Assembly: GCA_009602735.1 (NCBI GenBank)
Contig: WELA01001340.1
Span: forward strand, 277,556 to 323,990
Source: Mesotaenium endlicherianum
Taxonomy: Eukaryota
Reading direction: 5' to 3'
Length of the DNA: 46,435 nucleotides
The translations under genes were made by a program, and so were the position numbers. Positions 1 through 10,155 of this stretch are shown in pieces. The notes beneath the pieces were generated by a model. The model searched no databases, was not told the DNA's origin, and saw nothing but the letters and a program-made list of their open reading frames with translations. Numbering within the stretch: the first letter of the stretch is position 1; every line of letters starts with the position of its first letter.

Positions 1-1835
1 GGGGGGGTTCCTGCGGCCGCAGGAGTTGCAAGGAGGGGCATGGGAAGGAAAATGAACCAGTAGGGGAGGGACAAAAAGGGGCACAGCCCCTTTTTGTCCC
101 TGCTCTTCTCAACATTCGGCGAGCAGTCAAGCGGGCGGCAGAGTACAGGGTCGGCCATTGGCTGCTTCTCTGACACCATCTTGGCAGTCTTCTGAGAGCG
201 CGTCCTTCAGTGCCCGAGTCGGCGCCACATGTCCAGCACAGTGTGAACGGCGGTTTGCTGTGAGGACGAAGGTGGAAGATGCCACTTACATCCAACTGGG
301 AGGCGCCAGGTGTCCAGCCACAGCCGTGTTCAGGTCGGCAAGGAACGCCTGCGCGACTGCTGTCATGCTCGGCCGGTCCATGGCCCCGCCGTGCATGCGC
401 AGGATGACAAGTGTCTCCGCGCCCAGCGAGTATACGTGCACCTGGCAGCAGCAGCCGGAGCAGCATCAGCATCAGCATCAGCATCAGCATCATCAGCAGC
501 AGCAAGAAAGAGCAGGGGCACCCACCAGATGCTGACCTCACAATTGAAGTCGAGCTTTTCCCCAGCCCAGAGTCCAGTGTCGAAGCAGTTTTTCAATTTT
601 GCACTCGCGGAAGCGCACCGCATACCAGAGGATTAGGCAATGAGACACAATACAAAGGGGCGGGCTCGGAGGGGACCAGGCGCGAGTAGGGGCGTGCGCT
701 GAATAGTTGAAGACTCCTGAGCCCTGCCACCAGCACCAAGGATGTGCAGGGAAGTGCCCGGCAGCGCCCGGTAGTGCGCAGCTTCGCAGCAGACCAGCCA
801 GCTGGCATCGGTTGCAAGCTTGCTCAATCATCAACCACTCGAGCTCCAGAAACGAGTCGAAGTATAGAGAGGGAGGCCAATATCAGCTCACGGGGCAAAG
901 TCAACTGACGAGTCAGAGAACGCCACCTGGCGGCGCCAGCTAACCTGGAAGACCTCAGTGGAGCCGTTGCTGCTGCCGCCCAGAGGGATGGCAAACTCCC
1001 CCTCCATGGCGCGCTGGAAGTCGGAGACGCCTGTCGAATCTGCCCCCTTGCCGGGGTCGGGGAGAGCCGCAAAATCCCGGGCCTCCACTGTGACGGGGGC
1101 AGGTGGCGCCCAGATCTGGAACTCGACCTTGCCCTTGGCAGGCTTGACGATGCGGGCCCCCAGGATCGGAAATCTGACGGCCGTTGCGGCTGCAGCTTCT
1201 CGGATCTGCAGACATGCCCCCCCATAGTTGCTCGGAGGTGAATTATGGATACCTTTTCGTCTGCAAGTTGCTGCCAACTTGGACATTTCTTGGAGTTGCG
1301 AGGGGTGGCAGCGTGCAAGAAGGCAAAGCACATGTTTGGAGAGAAGCATTTGTTCTGAAATGGGTAACGCGGTCAAAGCTCTTCTGATCTTTTATCTATT
1401 CTCTCAGTCTAAGGGAAAGAAGAAGAATGAAATAAAAGGTGTTGATCAAATTTGCATTGGTAGGCGCAATATGTCCGTACGCGCTTGCATGCATGTGCAT
1501 GCGTTCTTTTCATCTACTGTCGGGGAACTTGAAGTGCTCATTGTATGTTGAACCAGTCCTTCCATCTGTCGCATCGTCTCATTCAGGAAAGCATGGCGCC
1601 CACGTTTCGGCTGTTCGGCCGCTGAGCTTCAGTGGCATGCTTATCATGCTATGGCCTCATACATGGACGGAATGGGCTCAGATAATGAGAGCGTGGGTAC
1701 TTTGCCAAGGGGAAGGGCCTTCTCGCAGCGGACGCCTAGAAGGATGAGACCTGTGCCCATCTCCAGAGCTCTGTTCCATAGCTCCTCCGAGCTTGCCAGG
1801 GGCCTCCTCGCAGCTGCCAGCACGGAAGCCTCCAT
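1..1835 (-). CDS. At3g52610-like protein, CoA-dependent acyltransferase/condensation-domain superfamily; partial, continues past the left edge. Exons 1835-1701, 1205-945, 441-290, 10-<1
   Basis: GT-AG junctions keep one frame: MEASVLAAARRPLASSEELWNRALEMGTGLILLGVRCEKALPLGK | IREAAAATAVRFPILGARIV...TEVFQ | VHVYSLGAETLVILRMHGGAMDRPSMTAVAQAFLADLN...W M | NPP. The N-terminal RPL..E.W.RA..GTG pattern and the H-x4-DR motif match my recollection of this plant family. Confidence 0.75.
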
Positions 1836-2456
1836 ATTATATTAAGTAGGTCAGACTATATATTTATTTATGTGTAAGTGAGGGCTTAGAGCCTTTATTT
1901 TTCCTGTAGCAGCTCGAGTACAAGTCTAAAAGTTGTGCGCCTCAAATGTACTTCGTAAGGAAAAAAAAAAAAAAGTTACTGGAAGGAGATACAAATTAAG
2001 CTGCATTGTACAGCTTCAATGGCGCGGATAAGCAAAGTCTCACAAGAAGCATAGATGTAATTGAGTGGACAAACGGGAAAGGGCTCGCAACACTCCTCCT
2101 TCTTGTGAGCTATTAGGCTGGGAATACTTCTCTAGTTTAGCATTGGAACCTTATTATGCAAGTAATTCCAGTGAACGTCTTAGTTTCACAATCAGCATCA
2201 ATATCACTGATCAGCATCAATATGATCTTGACGGATAACATGAAAACATGACGTTGCTTCTCCTACTTTGACTGGTTATAAGTGCAGTCAAAGCTCAAAG
2301 TTGGTAGACCTCGGGAAACAGGAGGTCAAGCCCCCATGATGGCGAGCTTCGGGAACATATCAACGTGCCAAGTCGGATCCCCCTTGCTCGCCCGAATGTC
2401 TATGTAGGGTTCACGTAACCGATCAAAAAAGGCGAGTCAAAGAGCGACATTTCAAA

Positions 2457-2631
2457 GAGGTGTTGGAGTTAACGCTCTCCCTGACATTTCAAGAACCACG
2501 CCAATGCGCATGCTTTTATAAACGGTTGGCAACATGGTTGGCAATGACTCTCTTTGGTTGACTAGTCACACTCCTCGCTACAACATGCGTGCGAAGACCA
2601 ATCGAATAAGCTTGTCTACATCAAATGTCAT
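2457..2631 (+). pseudogene. Decayed hAT transposase C-terminal (dimerisation) region
   Basis: Frameshifted and stop-broken fragments read W..., PDI...MRMLL*TV, SLFG*L, KLVYIKC. This is the order of the hAT C-terminal WW..P.L..AMR.L.Q...S.F...KLVY pattern. Subterminal-like repeats follow. Confidence 0.4.
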
Positions 2632-2881
2632 AGAGATCTGATAGAGATGCATACATTGCCATACCGCAGCACACTGCCGCAGCAGGTCTGTAATCCAGGT
2701 CACAATTGCAACACTGGTTCGTACACCTCCGAGACTGGATGCATGGTCTTAAATACGGTCACATCTGGTCACATTCAATCACATCATTGATTACAGCTCT
2801 CACTCATACAACAGGGACGCAGGTCGTAACGCGCGCAACGGCAGGCCCGACGTCTTTTGCTTCTGCTCGGCGGTCGCCATC

Positions 2882-3416
2882 GGACTCGGGAGTCGAGACT
2901 CGAGAACTCGGGACTCGGGACTCGGGAGCACTCGGGAGTCTCGGGGGTCAGGTGACCTCAGGTCCGACTCGGGACTTGGGACTCGGGACTCGGGACTTGG
3001 GAGTCGGCACTCGTGACGCAGGAACTCGGACCCGTTCAAATGCGCATTCTGCGGACCTTCACAAAATAACGAAGATTCACATTCCTGGTTGCGTCAAAAA
3101 GTAATCCAAGAGGCAATCGCTGCGAGACAGACCGCTTTTAAAACTCCTCGCGAGCATCTCTGGGCAGGAAGCCCAGGAGTCAGGAATCAGGAGTCGGGAG
3201 TCAGGACTCGGGAGTCGGGAGTCGGGACTCGGGACTCGGGACTCGGGAGTCGGGACTCGGGAGGCCAGGTCAAGTCTGATGTAGTGTGTAGCACAGGAAG
3301 GAATTCTTTGGTCTTGTCTGTCTTGTTCCCGTGATAGTTCGAGAATTCGTTGGCTGTTGGCACTCGTCCGGAGCACGGAGTCCGGACTCCTGACTCCAGA
3401 GTCCAGAGAGACTCCA
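2882..3416. repeat. Arrays of the 7-bp GGGACTC/GGGAGTC repeat (blocks ~2882-3030, ~3176-3262, ~3378-3416); probable hAT subterminal repeats
   Basis: Direct heptamer runs such as ggactcgggactcgggactcgggagtcgggactcggg, immediately downstream of the hAT relic. Confidence 0.8.
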
Positions 3417-3419
3417 GGC

Positions 3420-3713
3420 CAGGCCCCAGGATTCGCATAAAATTCGATATTATTTGCCTTTCTGGATGTTTAAAATCCTGAAAATTCGTAAACTATGTCG
3501 AAACAAATCCTTGTCATTGGGAGCGGATGTCGAGTAAAATCCTAAAATTTCCGATTTTCCTTTACAAATTGTCGTGGGATATTATTATACCATAAAAAAA
3601 TCCTACCAAATTTTGTCGGATGTTCTTGAAACCCTGACCGTCGCCCAGAGCAGGCCAGAGGATGTTTCCGAAATTTTCCGAAATCCGCGACTTTTGTCGA
3701 ATCCTGGGGCCTG
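3420..3713. mobile_element. 294-bp hAT-type MITE
   Basis: Perfect 16-bp TIRs: CAGGCCCCAGGATTCG (3420-3435) and CGAATCCTGGGGCCTG (3698-3713). Flanks ctccaggc (3412-3419) and ctccagcc (3714-3721) form an 8-bp TSD with 1 mismatch. The AT-rich interior has no ORF. Confidence 0.85.
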
Positions 3714-4338
3714 CTCCAGCCCCAGGGCCAGGCCCACAGCTGGCCGGTCCGACCCAGGCCACCGCAGGCTTGCCATGCACTTCGAAGTTCCCCGGCGCGC
3801 ACGGCTGAGCTCAGGCTTGACATTTGCAGCAATTTGACGCAACCCCAGTGAACTCAAGGGTACCTAACGCAACTAGGCGCAACGTCGACGCAGAGATGAA
3901 TAATAACTTTGTCAAGTTTCAATTAGTGACGAGCTTCAACTTGTGTCAGGCTGTCAGGCTTCAGCTGCTGTCGAGACTCGAGAGTAGCCCAGTTGCCAAA
4001 GCCGAACCTAGACATTCAAATTCCAGAATTCGTCTCACAAAAGAATCGGTATTGCGGTCGGCAAGTTTGCAAAGAATTGTCGCAGACGGCAATATAGCTG
4101 CAGTTCAGGCTTGAACAAAGAATCCCAACCAAGCTTCTTAAAAGTAGCTCTGCTAGCTAGCATTTTTTCTCAAAGGTTGTTTTTCAGATCTTCTGAGGTC
4201 CCTCGCTACATAAGAGCGACGGCAATACTGAATGCCAAGGGCACTCACAATTTCTCGGTCGTAAAATCGTACGGATCTTCTCAGTGATGTAGGGGGCAGT
4301 GTTGCTAAAGTGCAACCTTGCTTTGGTACCCTGTGTCC

Positions 4339-6183
4339 ATGATGGCAATGCAGGACATGTTCATACTGAAGGTATATTCGCAGCTTAAACCTTGAATGAA
4401 ATAGTTTTCTTTCTTATAACGAAAACTTCAGGTGGCCATGCAGTGCATTGGTTCCGCAAAGGCCACCGAACAAACGCCTTTCTGCCTTCTTGCGTGACAA
4501 AAATGTGCCCACTTGCCGGCAAAGGTGTGTTAACCTTTCTCTTAGGAAGCAATTAGGGACGTACTGACTACCACTCTGATTTTGGCATGCATGCATGTGA
4601 CAGATTCACTGCGGCGACAACATTAGGCGCGTCGTACTTCCACGAGGCAATACCTGCCTATTATTTAGCGACTTACAGAAGAAGACAAGGCAGCTTCATA
4701 GGCTGCCAGCAGACGCCCCCCTCTTCATAACTTACTTTGACGTAGAGGGTGACGAGGTGACGTTAGCAGGCGACATGGACCTTGCCGACGCTCTCCTTTC
4801 GCAGAAGCTCAATCCTCTTCATGTCTTTGTTCAGGTCGTTCCTCTGGGGCCATCTGGTGGGGGAGGAGGCAGCAAATGGACTTATAATGAGGGAAACAAT
4901 TTTCCTCTCTACTGTGCAAACACTCATACACAGCTCTCAGATAGAGGCAAGGAGGATGTCAAGGAGGGAGAGGAGGAGGAGGAAGAGCAGAACATGTTTG
5001 CATTCGGAGCTCACCCTTGTCCCCATGAGTGGTCGGTGCCCGTAGAGGAGGGAAAGGAGGGGGAGAAGGAGGAGGAGGAGTGGGAAGAGGGGGGAAGAAT
5101 GTGGAGGGAGCATGAGACGGAGGAGCCGGATGTGCCTTTATTCGCCGGGGCCAGTGGGGGCCCATCGATCAAGCGCAAAGCAGAAGCAGCTCTTCCCAGC
5201 GATGCTGCCATGGATGCTCCAACACCAGCGCCCCCATCCCCCATGCTGGAAGACATGAGTGTGGGAGCTGATCCCGTCGAGCAGCCGGCAAAATGGCAGC
5301 AAGGTAACCAGCAGGGTGACCACCAGATGGCAGGAGCAGAGCAGGAGCAGGAGCAAGGGGAGCAGAGAGAGGAGGGAGAGGGTCCATGCTGCATGTGTTA
5401 CTGTGGGGTGCCCCCTTCCTTTGATTTAGGCCGCCCTCCAGGTCACTGGGGGAAGAAGGTCAGCATCTGACCTGTACTCGTGTCTGCCTGTTGCAGTGGA
5501 CCTTTGTCTTTCATCTGTTCGACTGAGTTTGCAATCTGCGTCTGTGCTTTCTTCTTTTGATTCCCGCCTTGGTCTTCTCCCTGTCTCTTCTTTCCTCTTT
5601 CTCCCACTCTGTCATTATGAAGTGTGCGGAGTTCGACGGGAGAATTCTTGCCCATCGCATTCCGCAAATGTGTTACGCTGCAGAATCTGTCTGCAAGCAC
5701 AATTAAGGGGCTTGCATTCCTCTTGACATTTGACATGTCATTGTCTCCAACCGAAAGTTTTCCGAGCGTTTTCTAACTGCACCTTTTCCGTTTCCTGCTG
5801 TTCATTTCACACGCAGGTGCAACTACGTCATAGACGGGGACTGAGCTCCAAGAATGGCACCGAGGAGAAGCCTTCAGAGGAGGTGGCGCCTACGCGGCCT
5901 CACGTGCACGCTCCACATCACCATCACTGGCATCATGGCCGTCACGGCTTGCCACGTCACTGGCCACATGGACCACCGCCCCATCGTGGTTTCCCCCACC
6001 ATCACTTGGGGCCACCTCATCTCGGGCCGCCACATCATCCCCCGCCACCTCACTTCCCATTCTTGCCTCCCTTCTGGCCCCCTCATCACGGACCGCATCA
6101 TCACGAGCCGCCACATCATCACGAGCCGCCACATCATCATGGACCGCCATATCATCACCACCAGGGACCTCCTCCCCCTCCTC

Positions 6184-6214
<31 letters not shown>

Positions 6215-7009
6215 TCCCTCCGACGCTCCTTACCCCCCTGGCTCCCCTTCACCTCCGCCTCCGCCTCCGCATCCGCCGTTCTTCCCTCACTTCTACGATG
6301 GGGGACCTCCTATGCCCCCCCCCATTGGACCCTGGGGGCCACTTGCTGGCTGGGGGCAACTTGCAGGCTGGGGAGCTGAGGCATGCGACGAGGGAGCGGG
6401 CGTGAACCACGATTTGCAAAAGCAGCAGCAGCAAGAGCAGGAGGAGCCTGAGGTGCAAGAGGAGCAGCAGCAGCAACAGGAGGAGGAGGAGGACGCTCAC
6501 CAGCAGCCGCAGCAGCAGCCACAGGGCCAGGAGGAGCAGCAGCAGCAGCAGCAGCAGCAGGAGGAGGAGAAGGAGGAGGAGCACAGCCTGCCTTTCTGGC
6601 GACAGCAGCCCTGGTGGGCCGGCGGCGGAGCCCACGGTGCTGCCCTTCATCACCATCCCCACTTCCATCACCATCAGCATCACCATCACCACCATCAGCA
6701 CCAGCATGAGCACCAGCACTCACTTTATCACCCTCATCCCGGCCCTCCTTTTCCGCCCCCTCCTTGGGGGGATGCGCCCCCATGGGGGGTGCATTGCGGA
6801 GTGTCAGAAGGGGCTGATGGCGCGGCCAATCAGGGGGCAAAGCAGTGCGCATGCGCTGGCTCTGCAGCTGCCAGGTGGCAAAGTGTGACAGGTGGCGGGC
6901 GCAGGGACGAGAGCAGCGGCGGAGGGAAGAGGCGCAGCAGAGGGCACGGCTGTGGTCCCCCCCCCTTCTGGCATCGTCACCACCACCGCCACGGTCCCTC
7001 CTGGCTGAG

Positions 7010-7043
<34 letters not shown>

Positions 7044-7349
7044 GGTCACCATCCAAGTCATCCTCATGGCGCAGCCCCCGATTGGGTCAGGGGGAAGAGG
7101 GCTAGGCTATCCGATGAAGCAACAAGCGCCAGGTGCAGGGCCTGCGCTGATGCCAGATGGCAGGCCCAGGACGGTCCACATGGCCATCAAACAGTCAGGG
7201 CCCGAGGAGTTCAACCTGCTGCGCCTCCTCCACCGCCCCTTCCTCCCCCTCCTCCTCCTCCTCCTCCTCCTCCTCCTTGCCACCTCATGCAGTTCCTGAC
7301 TCTGACGCCCCGCGAACAAGAAGCAGAGAGGGTGGAGGAGAGTGTATAG
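4339..7349 (+). CDS. NBR1/Joka2-type PB1 domain protein with acidic linker and long His/Pro/Gln-rich low-complexity C-terminus (~806 aa). Exons 4339-4371, 4604-5458, 5817-7349
   Basis: Phase-0 GT-AG junctions give MMAMQDMFILK | IHCGDNIRRVVLP...LFSDLQKKTRQLHRLPADAPLFITYFDVEGDEVTLAGDMDLADALLSQKLNPLHVFV. This has the PB1 basic K/RR and OPCA Y.D.EGD.V.L motifs. It joins the 5730..7349 ORF in frame at cag|GTGCAA. Internal exon structure could include extra introns (e.g. 4834-4940). Confidence 0.7.
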
Positions 7350-9618
7350 GCCCGGTCTCGCGGATGTGCCATGTGGCAGCTCGTGCAGCGGCTAATACGT
7401 ATCAAGTGACCGGGCAGCTTGAACTGAAAACAAAGGAGAGCCAAGGTGGTGAACTTGAGCCAGAAGTTGGAGCGCTATTGGTAGGCTAGGTGATAGCACA
7501 AGGAAAAAAGACAGCTGACAGCTTTGCAGTGTGTCATCTTATGGAAACGTACAGGCGACGGACATATTATCGTCTGTAGTTGTTCGGCAAGGTCATCAAG
7601 AAAATATTGCTTTCGACTTTTGAGTAGGCCAAGATAGCAGAAAAGATTCTGGAGTCGCATGACTTTATAAGGAGAATGTGCTTTACATGATTTGTTTGGA
7701 AATGCACCATCTTGTAGTTGCTTCACCTCTGTGTACATATAAATATGTAACAGAAGAAATTGCTGCAGAATATGCGACTGCATCCTCATCCTTGGCCTTG
7801 GCCATACAACTTTTGGCTCAGCATGCGCGTGTATTGTCAGCCAAATGCGCGCAAGTAAAATGTTTCTATAATAATTGTCTTGTACATTGAAGCAGAGGTT
7901 GTGTGTCAACTGCGCGCCGGTGCAAATTGGCAATTCCTCAATCATACATGTGACATATATGTCTGTTTTTATAGTTTTTTTACTGTCACTTGTTGCTTAA
8001 CTTGGCCACCACCCCCTATGTGACCTATGCTGCGCACATCAATTTATTGCATCAATTTCCCTGCATTGATTTCCTGCATCAATCTTGAGCCTCATTTAGC
8101 TTCACATCAATTACCTCTAGCAAGGTGCACAGAAACTTGTCTGGATACCTGGTCCTGTATCTGACCAAAACGTAGTGTGGCTTGTGGAGTTCCAAGGGCG
8201 CTGAGCGCTTCGTCAATCTCCTTGAGAAAAGCTCAATCTAGCCTTGCGCGCGAGGTTGCCGTGTACCTTGCAGCAGCAGCAATAGCCACTGAAAAAATGC
8301 ATGAAGGAGTCCTTTATTTCCCGAAGGCCCAGCTACACCGACAAACTAGTCTTTTTGCAACTCGACAAATATTTGCTGGATGAGCCTTGCCATGATGGAT
8401 ATACAAGCTTCTACGTACGTTCAATAAATGCTTGCAATGCGTTAATGCAGTGCAAAATTTGCTCGCTGGAGCTGGGGTCTTGTGATACAGGCAGATGGTA
8501 AGCGCTAACACAGAGGAATATATCCACTCTTATACTACGTGTAGTCATCCCTATATCACCAACATTGAGAAGCAGTCGACGACGCATACGGACGGGGCTG
8601 CTCCGTAAATCCGCTCGTCGACAATGTACTATCTATGCACAAAGTACCACCATGCTTTCTCCTCTTATTTGCACAACGGTTGAGGTATGCTGGGGGCCAG
8701 CCGCTACATGACCCCATATGCTTTTGCAGATATTTCACAGGGCACAACATGTAATCGTCTAGATGTACGCTGAAATCCAAGTGCATATTTCCCTCTATAA
8801 GTAGAAAGTGCACGCTACAAACTAGAGTCCCCTCTTCCCTCCCTTGATTAAGACCTGCCCTCCATCGAGGCCCTCAGAGGAAGGGATCAAGTAGAAAGTT
8901 AAGACCAGGAGGGCCGGAGGGGGGGGGGGCATGGCCTACTAGAATGAATGATGTATACATGAGGTCTATAAGAGTCAAGGGCCACATTCTGTATGATGCG
9001 GATGAAAACCACACATGCCTGCACGATGCCCACCACCGCCGCAGGAACGGGACCCCTCGCCAGCTGGCACTGGGAGCATCGTACGGGCCCTCCGTCTCTC
9101 CCTCTCTCTCTCTCTCTTTCTCTGGAAGGAGGCAGAGAGAGGGGGAGCTAAGAAGGGGAGGAACGACGCTCTCTCGTCAGCGGCCCCGTCAGTCCAGCGA
9201 AAGGCTTCTGCTCCTCATCCTGTGCTGTTACAGCTGGCAGCAGCACGGCTGCCCTCCTGGCCCCCAGCAAGCACATAAGACAGGTGGCGGTGCCTGCAGC
9301 TCCCCTCTTGCTTGCGCCTACTATTGTACACTCTCCATCTCAGCCCTTCACCTGTCCCCTGGCAGAGACGTGCCACCTGCCCCCCCCACAGGAGATCACT
9401 TGACCTCCTCCTGCTGCAGCAGCATGAGCACCAGCAGCAGCAGCTGCAGCTGCAGCAGGGACAGAAAGACCAGTAGCGGCGTCGGCCACCACCCTCCTGC
9501 TCGCATTTGTTTGGCGTCTCACTCTCCCCCATGCTCCCCTCTATACAGCTCCCCTGAGAGAGCACTGTGATCATGGATAACCAAGAAAATCCCACCCACT
9601 TAGTGACCCACCCACCCA

Positions 9619-9783
9619 NNNNNNNNNNNNNNNNNNNNNNNNNNNNNNNNNNNNNNNNNNNNNNNNNNNNNNNNNNNNNNNNNNNNNNNNNNNNNNNNNN
9701 NNNNNNNNNNNNNNNNNNNNNNNNNNNNNNNNNNNNNNNNNNNNNNNNNNNNNNNNNNNNNNNNNNNNNNNNNNNNNNNNNNN
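9619..9783. other. Assembly gap
   Basis: Run of N flanked by C-rich sequence. Confidence 0.99.
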
Positions 9784-10155
9784 CCCCCCCCCCCTCTCTC
9801 CCTCAACAGCCCCTCAGCTAGAATGGGGCCCGGCAAGCGAACGGCCTGCTCGCATTCACCAGCGCCTCCTCATCCCATTCCGCCACTCAGCCAATCATCC
9901 CCAACCACTGACGCCGTATGGCGCTAGTCCCCCTCACCCTTCCTTTCCTCTCGGCTCTCCTGCTCCTCTCCATCCCACTCTCTCTTCTGGCCAATGGTTG
10001 ACCCGCTTCTTTAGTAACGCCACCCACTGTCCTAAAAAGCAACCTGCCGCCAGCTTTGTCCCACACATCACATCTCACACGCTCTCCACCCCCCCCGTCC
10101 CCCGCGCGTTGCTCGCGCTTGCGTGCGCCTCCCACACGCAACCGCTGGCATGCTC

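Noticed and set aside
2706..3438. ORFs with GTRD/SRVP repeats
   Set aside because: Translations of the 7-bp repeat arrays.
5854..7489. Many overlapping ORFs (poly-L, poly-M, poly-D) around the His-rich exon
   Set aside because: Shadow frames of triplet repeats.
8540..9600. Possible small LTR element (TGTAG...CTACA, G-tract at ~8917) or the 208-aa ORF 8944..9570
   Set aside because: No TSD, second LTR or recognisable protein motif.
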